A DNA stretch of 50,588 nucleotides. Origin: Candidatus Eiseniibacteriota bacterium (GTDB lineage: Bacteria > Eisenbacteria > RBG-16-71-46 > SZUA-252). Positions 8,642 to 18,004 of the stretch are shown piece by piece; within the stretch, counting starts at the first letter, position 1, and every line of letters begins with the position of its first letter. Made by a program: the position numbers and the translations under genes. The stretch is taken from the NCBI GenBank assembly GCA_041486775.1, contig JBGPMB010000003.1, positions 1-50,588 of the forward strand, read 5' to 3'. The notes beneath the pieces are model-generated. The model was given only the letters and a program-made list of their open reading frames with translations, did no database searches and was not told where the DNA came from.

Positions 8642-10099
8642 TTAGCGCCTGCCTTCGACGCGGCCCGCGGGGCGCTCCATCGCGAGCTTGTCCAGCGGTT
8701 CGCCGTACCACTCGGAGTAGTGCCCGTCGAAGCACGCGTAGCAGTGATCCTCGGGCCGGGAGACGCAGGACTTGAGCCCTTCCATCGAGAGGTAGCCCAG
8801 CGAATCCACGTGCAGGTAGCGCCGGATCTCCTCCACGGTGTGGGAGGAGGCGATCAGCTCCTTCCGGTTCGGCGTGTCGATCCCGTAGTAGCAGGACCAT
8901 CCGATGGGCGGGCTCGAGACGCGGAGATGGATCTCCCGCGCCCCCGCGCCGCGGAGCATGGCGACGAGGCTACGGCTGGTCGTGCCCCGGACGATCGAGT
9001 CGTCCACGACCACCACGCTCTTCCCGTCCAGAATGCGCCGGACCGGATTGAATTTCAGATTCACGCCGAAGTCGCGCTTCATCTGCTGCGGCGCGATGAA
9101 CGTGCGCCCCACGTAGTGGTTCCGGATGAGCCCCAGCTCGAAGGGAATCCCCGAGGCCTCCGAGTAGCCCAGCGCCGCCGAGTTGCTGGAGTCGGGCACC
9201 GCGATCACGATATCGGCCTCGGCCGGGTGCTCGGCCGCGAGCTTCCGCCCGAGCCGGCGGCGAACCTGGTCCACGCTCTCCCCGAACACTTCGCTGTCGG
9301 GACGGGAGAAATAGATCAGCTCGAAGACGCACGCGCGGCCGGGCTTCGGCGAGAACGGCGTGTAGGACTTCATCCCGGACCCGTCGATCACGACCATCTC
9401 GCCCGGTGCGATCTCCCGCACGAATTCGGCGCCGACCATGTCGAGGGCGCACGTCTCGCTCGCCAGCACGTAGGCCTCGCCGCGCCGGCCCAGGCAGAGC
9501 GGACGAAATCCCCGGGAATCCCGCAAGCCGATCAGCTTGTCGCCCGCCAGGATCACGAGCGTGTAGGCGCCCTGGCAGCGGGCGAGCGCTTCCGGAATCA
9601 TCCGCTCGATCTCCGTCGCCTTGGAGCGCGCGATCAGATGCAGGATGACCTCGGTGTCGCTCGTGGTCTGGAAGATGGAGCCCTGCGCCTCGAGCTCGTT
9701 CCGGAGCGCGAGCGCGTTCACCAGATTCCCGTTGTGCCCCAGCGCGAGCATCCCCTCCCGGAAATCCACCACCAGCGGCTGGGCGTTCCGGTGGAGGGAG
9801 CTGCCCTGGGTGGAGTACCGGTTGTGGCCGATGGCGATCGATCCCGGAAGCGAGTCCAGCACGCCCCCGGCGAAGACGTCGGAGACCAGCCCCACCCCTT
9901 TGTGGTGGTGGAATTCCATCCCGTCGGTCGCGACGATCCCGGCGCTCTCCTGTCCGCGGTGCTGCAAGGCGTAGAGCCCGGCGTAGGTGAGGCGGGCCGC
10001 GTTCTCCGCGCCCCAGATTCCGAATACGCCGCACTCCTCCCGGAGTCGGTCTTCGCTCCGCGAGGGAGCGGCGTCCGTGGGATTCGTTCGCTCGATCAC
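8642..10099 (-). CDS. purF: Amidophosphoribosyltransferase
   Basis: Propeptide then EECGVFG (catalytic Cys), LQHRGQE, GHNRYST, PRPP motif VVVDDSIVRGTT, Fe-S cysteines CYAC. Confidence 0.97.
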   Translation of the reverse strand: MIERTNPTDAAPSRSEDRLREECGVFGIWGAENAARLTYAGLYALQHRGQESAGIVATDGMEFHHHKGVGLVSDVFAGGVLDSLPGSIAIGHNRYSTQGSSLHRNAQPLVVDFREGMLALGHNGNLVNALALRNELEAQGSIFQTTSDTEVILHLIARSKATEIERMIPEALARCQGAYTLVILAGDKLIGLRDSRGFRPLCLGRRGEAYVLASETCALDMVGAEFVREIAPGEMVVIDGSGMKSYTPFSPKPGRACVFELIYFSRPDSEVFGESVDQVRRRLGRKLAAEHPAEADIVIAVPDSSNSAALGYSEASGIPFELGLIRNHYVGRTFIAPQQMKRDFGVNLKFNPVRRILDGKSVVVVDDSIVRGTTSRSLVAMLRGAGAREIHLRVSSPPIGWSCYYGIDTPNRKELIASSHTVEEIRRYLHVDSLGYLSMEGLKSCVSRPEDHCYACFDGHYSEWYGEPLDKLAMERPAGRVEGRR

Positions 10100-10112
10100 G
10101 AGATGGCTCCGT

Positions 10113-10712
10113 TCATGCCGCGGCCCGTAGCGCGGGAGGAGGTTCGGTCAGGAATCGCTCCACGCGGCTCCAGGGAACCGCGTCGGTCAAGATCATCGAT
10201 GCCTCGGCGTGCGGGTTCACCAAGAGGCCATGCCTCTGGTCCCGCAACTCCCCCAGCGCTTCGCTGAAGTACGGAATCGCGGGGCCTCCGTCGGGCCCGC
10301 GGGTCCAGAGCCACCACACACGCGCGCGACGAATCGCGCGGAGACCCGGCATGGGGTGCTCGCGCTGGAGACGTTCCCGAAGCCGCTCGTCCCGCGTGTC
10401 CTCGCGTGGCCGCGCCAGGATGCCCCACGCGCCTTCCGGAGGAGACCAGGTCTCGCCGCGCTCCGCAACGGTCCAGAAGCGGTAGCTCTCCTTGTTCGGG
10501 TTCACGAAGAAATTGGAATGACGCACGGCCTCGCCCAGAGTGCGCTCGAACGAGTCGGCCCGGGATGTGGGCTCCGGCTCGAACATCAAGAGCTGCTCAC
10601 GCACGAGGCGCGTCAGGGCGTACCCCGGACCGAGAAGGTGCCGTCCGGTCTCGAGCGCGGTCCACGCCGAGAGATCCGTGATCTTGAGCCGCACGAGAAG
10701 GATCGCGCTCAC
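10113..10712 (-). CDS. PurS-like protein, about 199 aa, apparently two tandem PurS-fold repeats
   Basis: GTG start overlaps the purQ stop (GTGA). Both halves end in a PurS-like NP..E motif (FFVNPNKESY, LLVNPHAEAS); sits between purQ and purF. Confidence 0.6.
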   Translation of the reverse strand: MSAILLVRLKITDLSAWTALETGRHLLGPGYALTRLVREQLLMFEPEPTSRADSFERTLGEAVRHSNFFVNPNKESYRFWTVAERGETWSPPEGAWGILARPREDTRDERLRERLQREHPMPGLRAIRRARVWWLWTRGPDGGPAIPYFSEALGELRDQRHGLLVNPHAEASMILTDAVPWSRVERFLTEPPPALRAAA

Positions 10713-11551
10713 GAACGGACCTCGCTCGGCGCCCCGGCGCCGAGCTTGCGCGCCAGGGAATCGAAGAGAAGCCTTCCCGGACCTGGTCCCTCGAGCGCCT
10801 TCCAGTGGCCGACCGCGGCGCGGCGCTTCTCGCCCCAAGCGCTCTTCATCTCGAGCGGAACCTGCCTGAGCCAGGACGCCCGCTCGGGATGAGGCATGAA
10901 CGCCAGGATGTTCCCGGTCCGATTCGTGATCCCCGCAGCCTCCAGCATGGCGCCGTTGGGATCGTCGGGGTAGTGATCCGCGCGTCCGCCGGACGGCGAG
11001 ACGTAGCGGTACAGCACCAGTCCTTCCCTTTGGATGCGCTCGCGCACGGTGGGGTCCGCGGTCAGAAACCGCCCTTCCCCGTGCGCGATCGGCATCGGAA
11101 TCACCTCGCCGGGCTTCACCGAGGACGCGTACCACGAGCTTCCCGGCCCGGGCGAAGCCTGGACCCAGATCCAGCGGCAGAGATACCCCGCGCGCCGGGG
11201 GGCCGAGTTCGGGGCGAGCGCCATCTCCACGCGGCCGTGCTTGAACCCGGGCACGAGCCCCGCTTCCACCAGGACCTGGGCGCCGTTGCAGATGCCGAGA
11301 ACGGGCTTTCCCGATTCCGCCTCCGCCGCGATCCGATCCACGGCGGGGAGCTTCGCGGCGATCGCACCCGCGCGGATCCTATCTTGAAACGCGAAGCCGC
11401 CGGGAATGACGTACGCGTCGAACTCGCTCCAGACCGAAGCCGGCTCGTTCCAGCGCACGATGCGCGCCGTAAGCCCCACGGCCTCGAGCGCGCGCGTGGT
11501 CTCGTACTCGCAATTCACACCGGGAATCTGCACCACCGCCACGCGCGCCAT
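10709..11551 (-). CDS. purQ: Phosphoribosylformylglycinamidine synthase glutaminase subunit PurQ
   Basis: PGVNCE, PGGFAFQD, LGICNGAQ, PIAHGEG, MPHPER. Start ATG 11551 (the ORF track over-extends into purL). Confidence 0.95.
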   Translation of the reverse strand: MARVAVVQIPGVNCEYETTRALEAVGLTARIVRWNEPASVWSEFDAYVIPGGFAFQDRIRAGAIAAKLPAVDRIAAEAESGKPVLGICNGAQVLVEAGLVPGFKHGRVEMALAPNSAPRRAGYLCRWIWVQASPGPGSSWYASSVKPGEVIPMPIAHGEGRFLTADPTVRERIQREGLVLYRYVSPSGGRADHYPDDPNGAMLEAAGITNRTGNILAFMPHPERASWLRQVPLEMKSAWGEKRRAAVGHWKALEGPGPGRLLFDSLARKLGAGAPSEVRS

Positions 11552-11553
11552 GC

Positions 11554-13917
11554 TCACTCCACCAGCGACTTGAGCGCGTCGCCGTGGAGGCGCTGCAAGC
11601 TCTCCAGGTCCAGGTCCACCAGAGTGTGTCCTCCGTCCAGGATGCGAAACGTAGGCTCGGCCAGGGTGCGTCCGATCATCGTGGCGTCCACGCCCCAGCG
11701 CTCGAAGAGGCCCAGGAAATCCGTGAGCCGCTCTTTCGCCACCTCGAAGAGGAATCCGGGCGCCTCCGAGTAGAGTCTGGATTCCGACGGCGTATCCCCG
11801 AGACCGGAAATCGGAATCTGAAGGCCCAATCCCTGCGACTCGTATCCCCCGAGCGCCATCTCGAGCGCGGTGATGGCAAGCCCGCCTTCGGCGATATCGT
11901 GACACGCGAGGGCAAGCCCGCTCCGGACGGCTTCGAGCGCGGCATAGATGCGCCTGCGCTCCCGCTCGAAATCGAGCTCGGGGAGCGGCCCGTCCGTACG
12001 CTTCGCGAGCTGATAGCGCATCTGCGAGGCGCCGAGCCGGTCCTGCCGCGGCCCGCTCAGGACGAGCACGCTGCCGGCGCGCTTGATGGCGCTGGTGGTG
12101 GCGAGACTCCAATCGTCGAGAATCCCGAGGCCGGCCACGATGGGCGAAGGCTCGATCGAGCGGCCCGAGGAGCCCTCGTTATAGAAGGAGACGTTGCCCG
12201 ACACGACGGCGACCGGCGGACCGGCAACGCCCTCGCGCCCGAGCGCCCGCGCGGCGTCGCCGAGCCCGCGCACGCTCCGAACGAAATCCCCGAAGACCTC
12301 CGGATCCTCCGGGTTTCCGAAGTTGAGACAGTCCGTCAGCGCTACAGGCTCCGCCCCCACGCAGACCAGATTCCGGAGCACCTCGCAGACCACATGCGCC
12401 GTTCCCCAGTAGGGATCGGCGGCGACCCACCAGGGGTTCCCATCCACCGTGATCGCGGCGCCGAGCTTGGCCCCCGGCACAGGGGCCAGGACGGAAGCGT
12501 CCGCCTCGCCGGCGCGGATCACCATGCGGCCCTGAACCTCGGTGTCGTAATAGCGGATGATCGGCTCCCGGGAGGCCAGATTCGGGCTCGCCACCATGCG
12601 CAGGAAGAACTCCGCGTGGTCCTGGACCGCCGGGAGCGGAGATCCCTCGGCCGCGGCCGGGCGTGGACGCTCGGACCTTTTGTGCTCGATGCCGGCCGTG
12701 ATCACCTCGACGGGCGAATCGCAGACCGGCTGCCCGGATTTCAAGATTCGATAGCGCTCGTCGGTTCGCACGCGTCCGACGACCGCGGCGCCCGCTCCCT
12801 GATAGACCTCGGGAAGCGCGTACGTGGTGTTGTACATCTCGAGCACCCGATCCGCGACGCGCTCGGGCACCACCATCGCGAAACGCTCCTGCGTCTCCGA
12901 GCACGCGAGCACCTCCGGAGGGAGGTCCTGGCGCGACGCGGGGACGCGGTCCAGATCGACGTCCATGCCGAAGCCGCCTGCGGCGGCCAGCTCGGAGCTG
13001 GCGCACGCGATGCCCCCGGCGCCCAGGTCCTTGAATCCGAACGACACGTTCTGTCCCTGGAGCCAGTCGAGGACCGCCCGGTTCGCCTCGAGGAGCACCC
13101 GTTTCAGGAAGGGGTCCGGCACTTGCACGTGTCCCCGCTGCCCCTCGGCGTTCTCCTCCAGCACCGCCGAGGCGAAGGAGGCGCCTCCGAATCCGGTTTC
13201 GTCGGTGGGTTTCCCGATCAGGATCAACACGTAGGGCTCGCGGCGCGCCGCCTCCGGCACGCGGCTCCGCACCACGCGGTCCGCGCGAACGAGGCCGAGC
13301 GAGACCACGTTCACGAGGCAGTTCTCGTCGTAGCGGGGCGAGAAGAAGACGTCTCCCCCCAGATTGGGAACGCCGAGCGCGTCGCCGTATTGCCAGATGC
13401 CGTCGATCACCCCGCGGACGATCTCGCGCACCGAGGCCGCGCGGGGACCGTCGGCATCGCCGAACCGGAGCGCATCCATCACGCCGATCACCTCGGCGCC
13501 CATGCAGGCCACGTCGCGCACGATCCCGCCGATCCCGGTCGCGGCCCCTTCGGTGGGCACGACCTGCGAGGGATGATTGTGGCTCTCGTGCGCGATCACG
13601 AGCGCGTACTCCACGCCTTCGTGCGTTCCCAGCCGGACCACGCCGGCGTCCTCGCCGGGACCCAGGATGACTCGGGGGCTCTCCACGGGAAGGTGTGCCT
13701 TCAGAACCCAACGGCTGCTCTTGTAGGAGCAGTGCTCGCTCCACATCGTGTCGAAGATCGTGGCCTCGACGCGCGTGGGGTCGCGACCCAGGAGCGAGAG
13801 CATCCGGCGCGCCTCGTCGGGCGTGAGCCGAAAGCCTTCGCGGGTGAGGATATCCTGTAACTCGCGATCGTCGGCTTCGCCGAGGGTGAGAACGGTGGCG
13901 CTATCTGCCTGCTGCAA
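11554..13917 (-). CDS. purL: Phosphoribosylformylglycinamidine synthase subunit PurL (small type)
   Basis: WSEHCSYKSS, ESHNHPS, GAATGIGGIVRD, DLGAGG, SETQER, DCLNFGNP, SGNVSFYN. Confidence 0.97.
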   Translation of the reverse strand: MQQADSATVLTLGEADDRELQDILTREGFRLTPDEARRMLSLLGRDPTRVEATIFDTMWSEHCSYKSSRWVLKAHLPVESPRVILGPGEDAGVVRLGTHEGVEYALVIAHESHNHPSQVVPTEGAATGIGGIVRDVACMGAEVIGVMDALRFGDADGPRAASVREIVRGVIDGIWQYGDALGVPNLGGDVFFSPRYDENCLVNVVSLGLVRADRVVRSRVPEAARREPYVLILIGKPTDETGFGGASFASAVLEENAEGQRGHVQVPDPFLKRVLLEANRAVLDWLQGQNVSFGFKDLGAGGIACASSELAAAGGFGMDVDLDRVPASRQDLPPEVLACSETQERFAMVVPERVADRVLEMYNTTYALPEVYQGAGAAVVGRVRTDERYRILKSGQPVCDSPVEVITAGIEHKRSERPRPAAAEGSPLPAVQDHAEFFLRMVASPNLASREPIIRYYDTEVQGRMVIRAGEADASVLAPVPGAKLGAAITVDGNPWWVAADPYWGTAHVVCEVLRNLVCVGAEPVALTDCLNFGNPEDPEVFGDFVRSVRGLGDAARALGREGVAGPPVAVVSGNVSFYNEGSSGRSIEPSPIVAGLGILDDWSLATTSAIKRAGSVLVLSGPRQDRLGASQMRYQLAKRTDGPLPELDFERERRRIYAALEAVRSGLALACHDIAEGGLAITALEMALGGYESQGLGLQIPISGLGDTPSESRLYSEAPGFLFEVAKERLTDFLGLFERWGVDATMIGRTLAEPTFRILDGGHTLVDLDLESLQRLHGDALKSLVE

Positions 13918-15214
13918 CAGGTTCTCCCAGAACGCGTTCGAAGATACGATTCACGTGGCGAGTGAAGTGCTCGGGATCGAAACAGGCTTGGAGCTTCTCC
14001 GGACTCAACAGGCGCGATACGTCGGGGTCCTGACCCAAGCGCGCCTTGAGATCCGGCCCCCCTTTCCAGGCCGCCATCGCGTGGCGCTGCACCACGGCGT
14101 AGGCATCCTCGCGCGACATGCCGGCCGAGACGAGCGCCAGGAGGGCGCGCTGGGAGTAGACGAGCCCGCGGGTCAATTCGAGATTCGCCCGCATGCGCTC
14201 GGGGTAGACATTCAGCCCTTCCAGCACCTCGCGCATCTGCGTCACCATGAAGTCGCAGGCGAGGAAGGAGTCCGGCAGGATCACCCGCTCCGCGCTCGAA
14301 TGGCTGATGTCCCGCTCGTGCCACAGCGCCACGTTCTCCAACGCCGCGTGGGCGTTGGCCCGGAGGATCCGCGCGAGACCGCAGATCCGCTCGCAGTTCA
14401 CGGGATTCCGTTTGTGCGGCATGGCCGAGGAGCCCTTCTGTCCTTCGCGGAACGGCTCTTCGGCCTCGAGCACCTCGGTCTGCTGCAGGAGCCGGATCTG
14501 GAGCGCGATCTTTTCGAGCGAGGCGCCCAGGAGCGCGATCGATTGCAAGAGCTCCGCGTGGCGGTCGCGCTGCACGACCTGCGTGGCCGCCGGCTCGGGC
14601 GAAAGTCCCAGGGCGCCCAGCACCTCCTCCTCCAGCTCGGGGCTCAAATGCGCGTGGGTCCCGACCGCTCCGGAAAGCTTTCCCACCGCCACCGCCTCGC
14701 GGGCCCGACGGAGCCGCTCGAGCGCGCGTCCCAGCTCCTCGTACCAGACCAAAATCTTGAGTCCGAACGTGATCGGCTCGGCGTGCACGCCGTGCGTGCG
14801 TCCGGTCACGATGGTCTCCTTGTGGCGGAGCGCCAGGGCGCGGACCACACCGCGCAGGCGCGCGAGCTCGGCGGTGAGGAGGTCCACGGCGCGGGTCAGC
14901 GTGAGCGCGAGTGCGGTGTCCACGAGGTCGGAGGAGGTCATCCCCTTGTGCAAGAAACGCGCTTCCTCGCCCGCCGACTCCGTCACGGCGGTCAGGAAAG
15001 CGATCACGTCGTGGCGGAGCGTCGCCTCGAGCTCGTCCACGCGGGCCGGATCCACCTTCGCCTTGGAACGAACGCGCGCGGACACGCCCGCGGGCACCTC
15101 GCCGCGGCGCTCCATGGCCGCGCAGACGGCCAGCTCCACCGTGAGCCACGTCTCGTACCGGGCGGCGTCGTCGAAGAGCGCCGCCATCTCGGGACGGCTG
15201 TAGCGCGGGATCAT
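13901..15214 (-). CDS. purB: Adenylosuccinate lyase
   Basis: MIPRYSRPEM, HDVIAF, GRTHGVHAEPITFG, signature GSSAMPHKRNP, WHERDISHSS. Confidence 0.97.
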   Translation of the reverse strand: MIPRYSRPEMAALFDDAARYETWLTVELAVCAAMERRGEVPAGVSARVRSKAKVDPARVDELEATLRHDVIAFLTAVTESAGEEARFLHKGMTSSDLVDTALALTLTRAVDLLTAELARLRGVVRALALRHKETIVTGRTHGVHAEPITFGLKILVWYEELGRALERLRRAREAVAVGKLSGAVGTHAHLSPELEEEVLGALGLSPEPAATQVVQRDRHAELLQSIALLGASLEKIALQIRLLQQTEVLEAEEPFREGQKGSSAMPHKRNPVNCERICGLARILRANAHAALENVALWHERDISHSSAERVILPDSFLACDFMVTQMREVLEGLNVYPERMRANLELTRGLVYSQRALLALVSAGMSREDAYAVVQRHAMAAWKGGPDLKARLGQDPDVSRLLSPEKLQACFDPEHFTRHVNRIFERVLGEPVAAGR

Positions 15215-15218
15215 CGGC

Positions 15219-16403
15219 TCACTCCTGAAGCTCCTCGAGGGTGAGGCGAAGCGGGACCAGCTTGCTGTCGCGCTCGACCGTCAGCGTGATGGTGTCTCCC
15301 ACGTTCGCTCCGAAGAGCGCCCGGTAGGCCTCGTTCACGTCGCTGACGGCGGTCCCGTTCACCTTGCGGATGATGTCGCCCACCTTGGCCCCCGCCTTGT
15401 CCGCGGGGCTGCCCTTTTCCACCGACGCCACGTAGAGCCCGTTTCGATCCTTGGTGCCCAACCGCTCGGCGAGATACGGGGTGATGTCCCAGGTCCCCAC
15501 CCCGATCCAGACGTTCCGGACCCGGCCGTAGCGGATGATCTCGTCCACCACGCGCTTCACCGCGTCGATGGGAATGGCGAACCCGATGCCCTCGGAGCCG
15601 CCGCTCTTCGTGAAGATGAACGTGTTCACGCCGATCACCTCGCCGCTCACGTTCACGAGCGGCCCGCCCGAGTTCCCCGGGTTGATGGCCGCGTCGGTCT
15701 GGATCATGTTCTTGTAGATCCCCTCGCCCGCGGTTCCCGACTTGATGTCGCGCCGCGTCGCGCTCACCACGCCCGCGGTGACGGTGGGCTGGGTGTCGTT
15801 GAGCAGGAATCCGAACGGATTCCCGATCGCGATGGCCCACTCGCCGATCATGAGATCGCTCGAGGTCCCGAGCGGCGCGACCGGAAGCTTCTCCCCCTCG
15901 ATCTTCACGATGGCGACGTCGTACTGGGGATGCGATCCCAGCACCTTCCCGGTGAAGGACCGCCCGTCGGCGAGGATGACCGTGATCTTATCCGCGCCGC
16001 GCACCACGTGCTCGTTGGTGAGGACGTAGCCCTTCGAGGAGATGATGAAGCCCGATCCCATGCTCGGGATCTGCTCCCGGTAGCGGTAGGACGGAAGCAT
16101 GTCGCGGAAGAAGGGCTCGAAGAACTCGCTCGCGAAGGGACTCGACTGGACCATGCGGGTCTGCACCACGCTGATGGTGACCACGGACGGTCCGACGCGC
16201 TGCGCGGCCGCCACGATCGCCGTGCGCCGTGAGGCGGTGGGATCGTGACCCAGCTGGGCGTCCTCGGCGGACGCGAGCGAGGACGCGCCCAGGATCAGGG
16301 CGCCGAGAAGCAGGAAACCAGAGACGACGCCCCAGAACCACGACGATCGAGACCGGGTGCCGCCCCGGGGCGAACCCGGGACGGGCTCTTCAGCCGACGA
16401 CAT
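15219..16403 (-). CDS. HtrA/DegP-family serine protease with one PDZ domain
   Basis: GSGFII, TNEHVV (His), YDVA (Asp), IQTDAAINPGNSGGPL (Ser), C-terminal PDZ, N-terminal hydrophobic segment. Start approximate. Confidence 0.93.
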   Translation of the reverse strand: MSSAEEPVPGSPRGGTRSRSSWFWGVVSGFLLLGALILGASSLASAEDAQLGHDPTASRRTAIVAAAQRVGPSVVTISVVQTRMVQSSPFASEFFEPFFRDMLPSYRYREQIPSMGSGFIISSKGYVLTNEHVVRGADKITVILADGRSFTGKVLGSHPQYDVAIVKIEGEKLPVAPLGTSSDLMIGEWAIAIGNPFGFLLNDTQPTVTAGVVSATRRDIKSGTAGEGIYKNMIQTDAAINPGNSGGPLVNVSGEVIGVNTFIFTKSGGSEGIGFAIPIDAVKRVVDEIIRYGRVRNVWIGVGTWDITPYLAERLGTKDRNGLYVASVEKGSPADKAGAKVGDIIRKVNGTAVSDVNEAYRALFGANVGDTITLTVERDSKLVPLRLTLEELQE

Positions 16404-17181
16404 CCAGATGCTCCTTGGGGAGCCATCCCAGCCGGGGATAGCGGACCCGCATGAGGTAGAGACCGTGCGCGGGCGCCGGAGGCGCCACGCTTCGACGATC
16501 GCGCGCCGCAAGCGCCGCGCGGATGGCCTTCGCTCCACCGCCATCCTCGGCGGCGCGAATCACGGTCGAAACGATGCGGCGAACCATAGTGTACAGGAAG
16601 CGGTCCGCCACGATGTCGAACCGCGTCACGAGCCCTCGCCGCGACCAACGCACCTGCGTCACGGCGCAGCCCGTCTCCTCGTCGTCCCCTCCCTGCTTCG
16701 AGAACGAAGTGAAGTCGTGCGCGCCCAGGAGCGGCCGCGAAGCATGGCGCAGGGCGTCCAGCTCGGCGCGGATCGGCCGGGCCCACGCGCGATGGCGAAG
16801 GAGCGCCGTGGACCGGGAGACGATCAGGTAACGGTACGCCCGTCGCATGGCCTTGAACCGGGCGTGGAAGTGCTCCTCCGCCTCCGCCGCCTCGACGATC
16901 CGAACGTCGCGCGGCAGGTGCGCGTTCAGCGCGGCCCGGAGCCGTTCCGGCGTGAGCCTGGTGTTCAGGGTCGCGCTGGCCACCTGCCCCGCTGCGTGAC
17001 ACCCCGAATCCGTCCTGCCTGCTCCCGCGATCCGCACCCGGACCCCCGTCACCCGCCACAACGCCTCTTCCACCTCGCCCTGCACCGTGCGGTCCCGCGG
17101 CTGAACCTGCCAGCCGTGAAACTCGGTCCCGTCGAATTCGATGCCGAGCCGCACCGTCAGGATGCGGGCCTCAGAAACCAC
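16390..17181 (-). CDS. truA: tRNA pseudouridine(38-40) synthase TruA
   Basis: EFDGTEFHGWQVQ, AGRTDSGCHA, FHARF, HDFTSF, FLYTMVRRIV, APAHGLYL. GTG start at 17181. Confidence 0.95.
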   Translation of the reverse strand: MVSEARILTVRLGIEFDGTEFHGWQVQPRDRTVQGEVEEALWRVTGVRVRIAGAGRTDSGCHAAGQVASATLNTRLTPERLRAALNAHLPRDVRIVEAAEAEEHFHARFKAMRRAYRYLIVSRSTALLRHRAWARPIRAELDALRHASRPLLGAHDFTSFSKQGGDDEETGCAVTQVRWSRRGLVTRFDIVADRFLYTMVRRIVSTVIRAAEDGGGAKAIRAALAARDRRSVAPPAPAHGLYLMRVRYPRLGWLPKEHLDVVG

Positions 17182-17911
17182 GGAGAAACCACGCGCAGGT
17201 GCCGGCGCTTCCCGCGATGGCGCCCCACTCCCGCACTCCCCAGGCCAGAACGAGCCCCGTCCGACGCGCCCGGCCGGGAACATAGCCCCGGACCGTCAAG
17301 GCGTCAGCGTAGGCATCGCCGATCCGGAGCATCGTTCCCAGAAACGGAAGGAACCAGGCGAGAAGGTACCGCGTGATCCCCGCGAGTCCGCGACCGGGGC
17401 GGATACCCCGTCCCCGGAGCGCCACGACGTGCTGTTCCGCCTCGCGCAAGGCGAGCGGCAGGAGCCCGGCCGTGAGCCGGGCGCTCTCGGCCAGGAGAAG
17501 GAGCACGCGGGGGCGGGCCGGAGGCTTCTTCCCCATGAGCCAGCGCGCGATGGACCCCAGCGCCGACCGCGCCGCCCACCGCAGGAGGTACAAGAGCGCC
17601 AGGAGCCGGCACGCGATGGCCGCGGCCGGAACGATCGCGGCGCGGTAGCCCTTCCCCGCCAATGCCACGTGGGCCAGAAACACGATGGCCGCGAGCGAGA
17701 GGATCGGGACCTCGTCCCGGGCGCGCCGTCGCTCCACCCGCAGGGCCGCGAAGGCCAGGAGCACGGCCGCGGCGGCGAGGTCGATCCAGGAATGTGTCAT
17801 GGCGAGACCGGCGGTCAGGAGCGCGAGCGAAAGAAGCCACGCGAGCGGATGGAGCGCGCGCCGACCCTCTGTTTGGATGTGAACGCCGCCGGGTTTGGGC
17901 GAGCCGGGCAC
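17171..17911 (-). CDS. Membrane protein resembling the ECF transporter transmembrane component T (EcfT/CbiQ), divergent
   Basis: LHP followed by several TM helices; two xRG coupling motifs (LRGRG, TVRGY); directly upstream of truA. GTG 17911 with GGAGG RBS. Confidence 0.6.
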   Translation of the reverse strand: MPGSPKPGGVHIQTEGRRALHPLAWLLSLALLTAGLAMTHSWIDLAAAAVLLAFAALRVERRRARDEVPILSLAAIVFLAHVALAGKGYRAAIVPAAAIACRLLALLYLLRWAARSALGSIARWLMGKKPPARPRVLLLLAESARLTAGLLPLALREAEQHVVALRGRGIRPGRGLAGITRYLLAWFLPFLGTMLRIGDAYADALTVRGYVPGRARRTGLVLAWGVREWGAIAGSAGTCAWFLRGF

Positions 17912-17975
17912 TTGGTGCGGTCCCTCCGTGCCTTCGGAGGCGGAACTCGGCCTTCGCCGCTCCGCCTGAGGTCTC

Positions 17976-18004
17976 ACTTTACACGGCGCCGGGACCCACG
18001 TCAA
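17976..18004 (-). promoter_or_regulatory. sigma70-type promoter for ecfT-like-truA-htrA (possibly extending into the pur genes)
   Basis: TTGACG (18004-17999), 17-nt spacer, TAAAGT (17981-17976). Confidence 0.6.
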
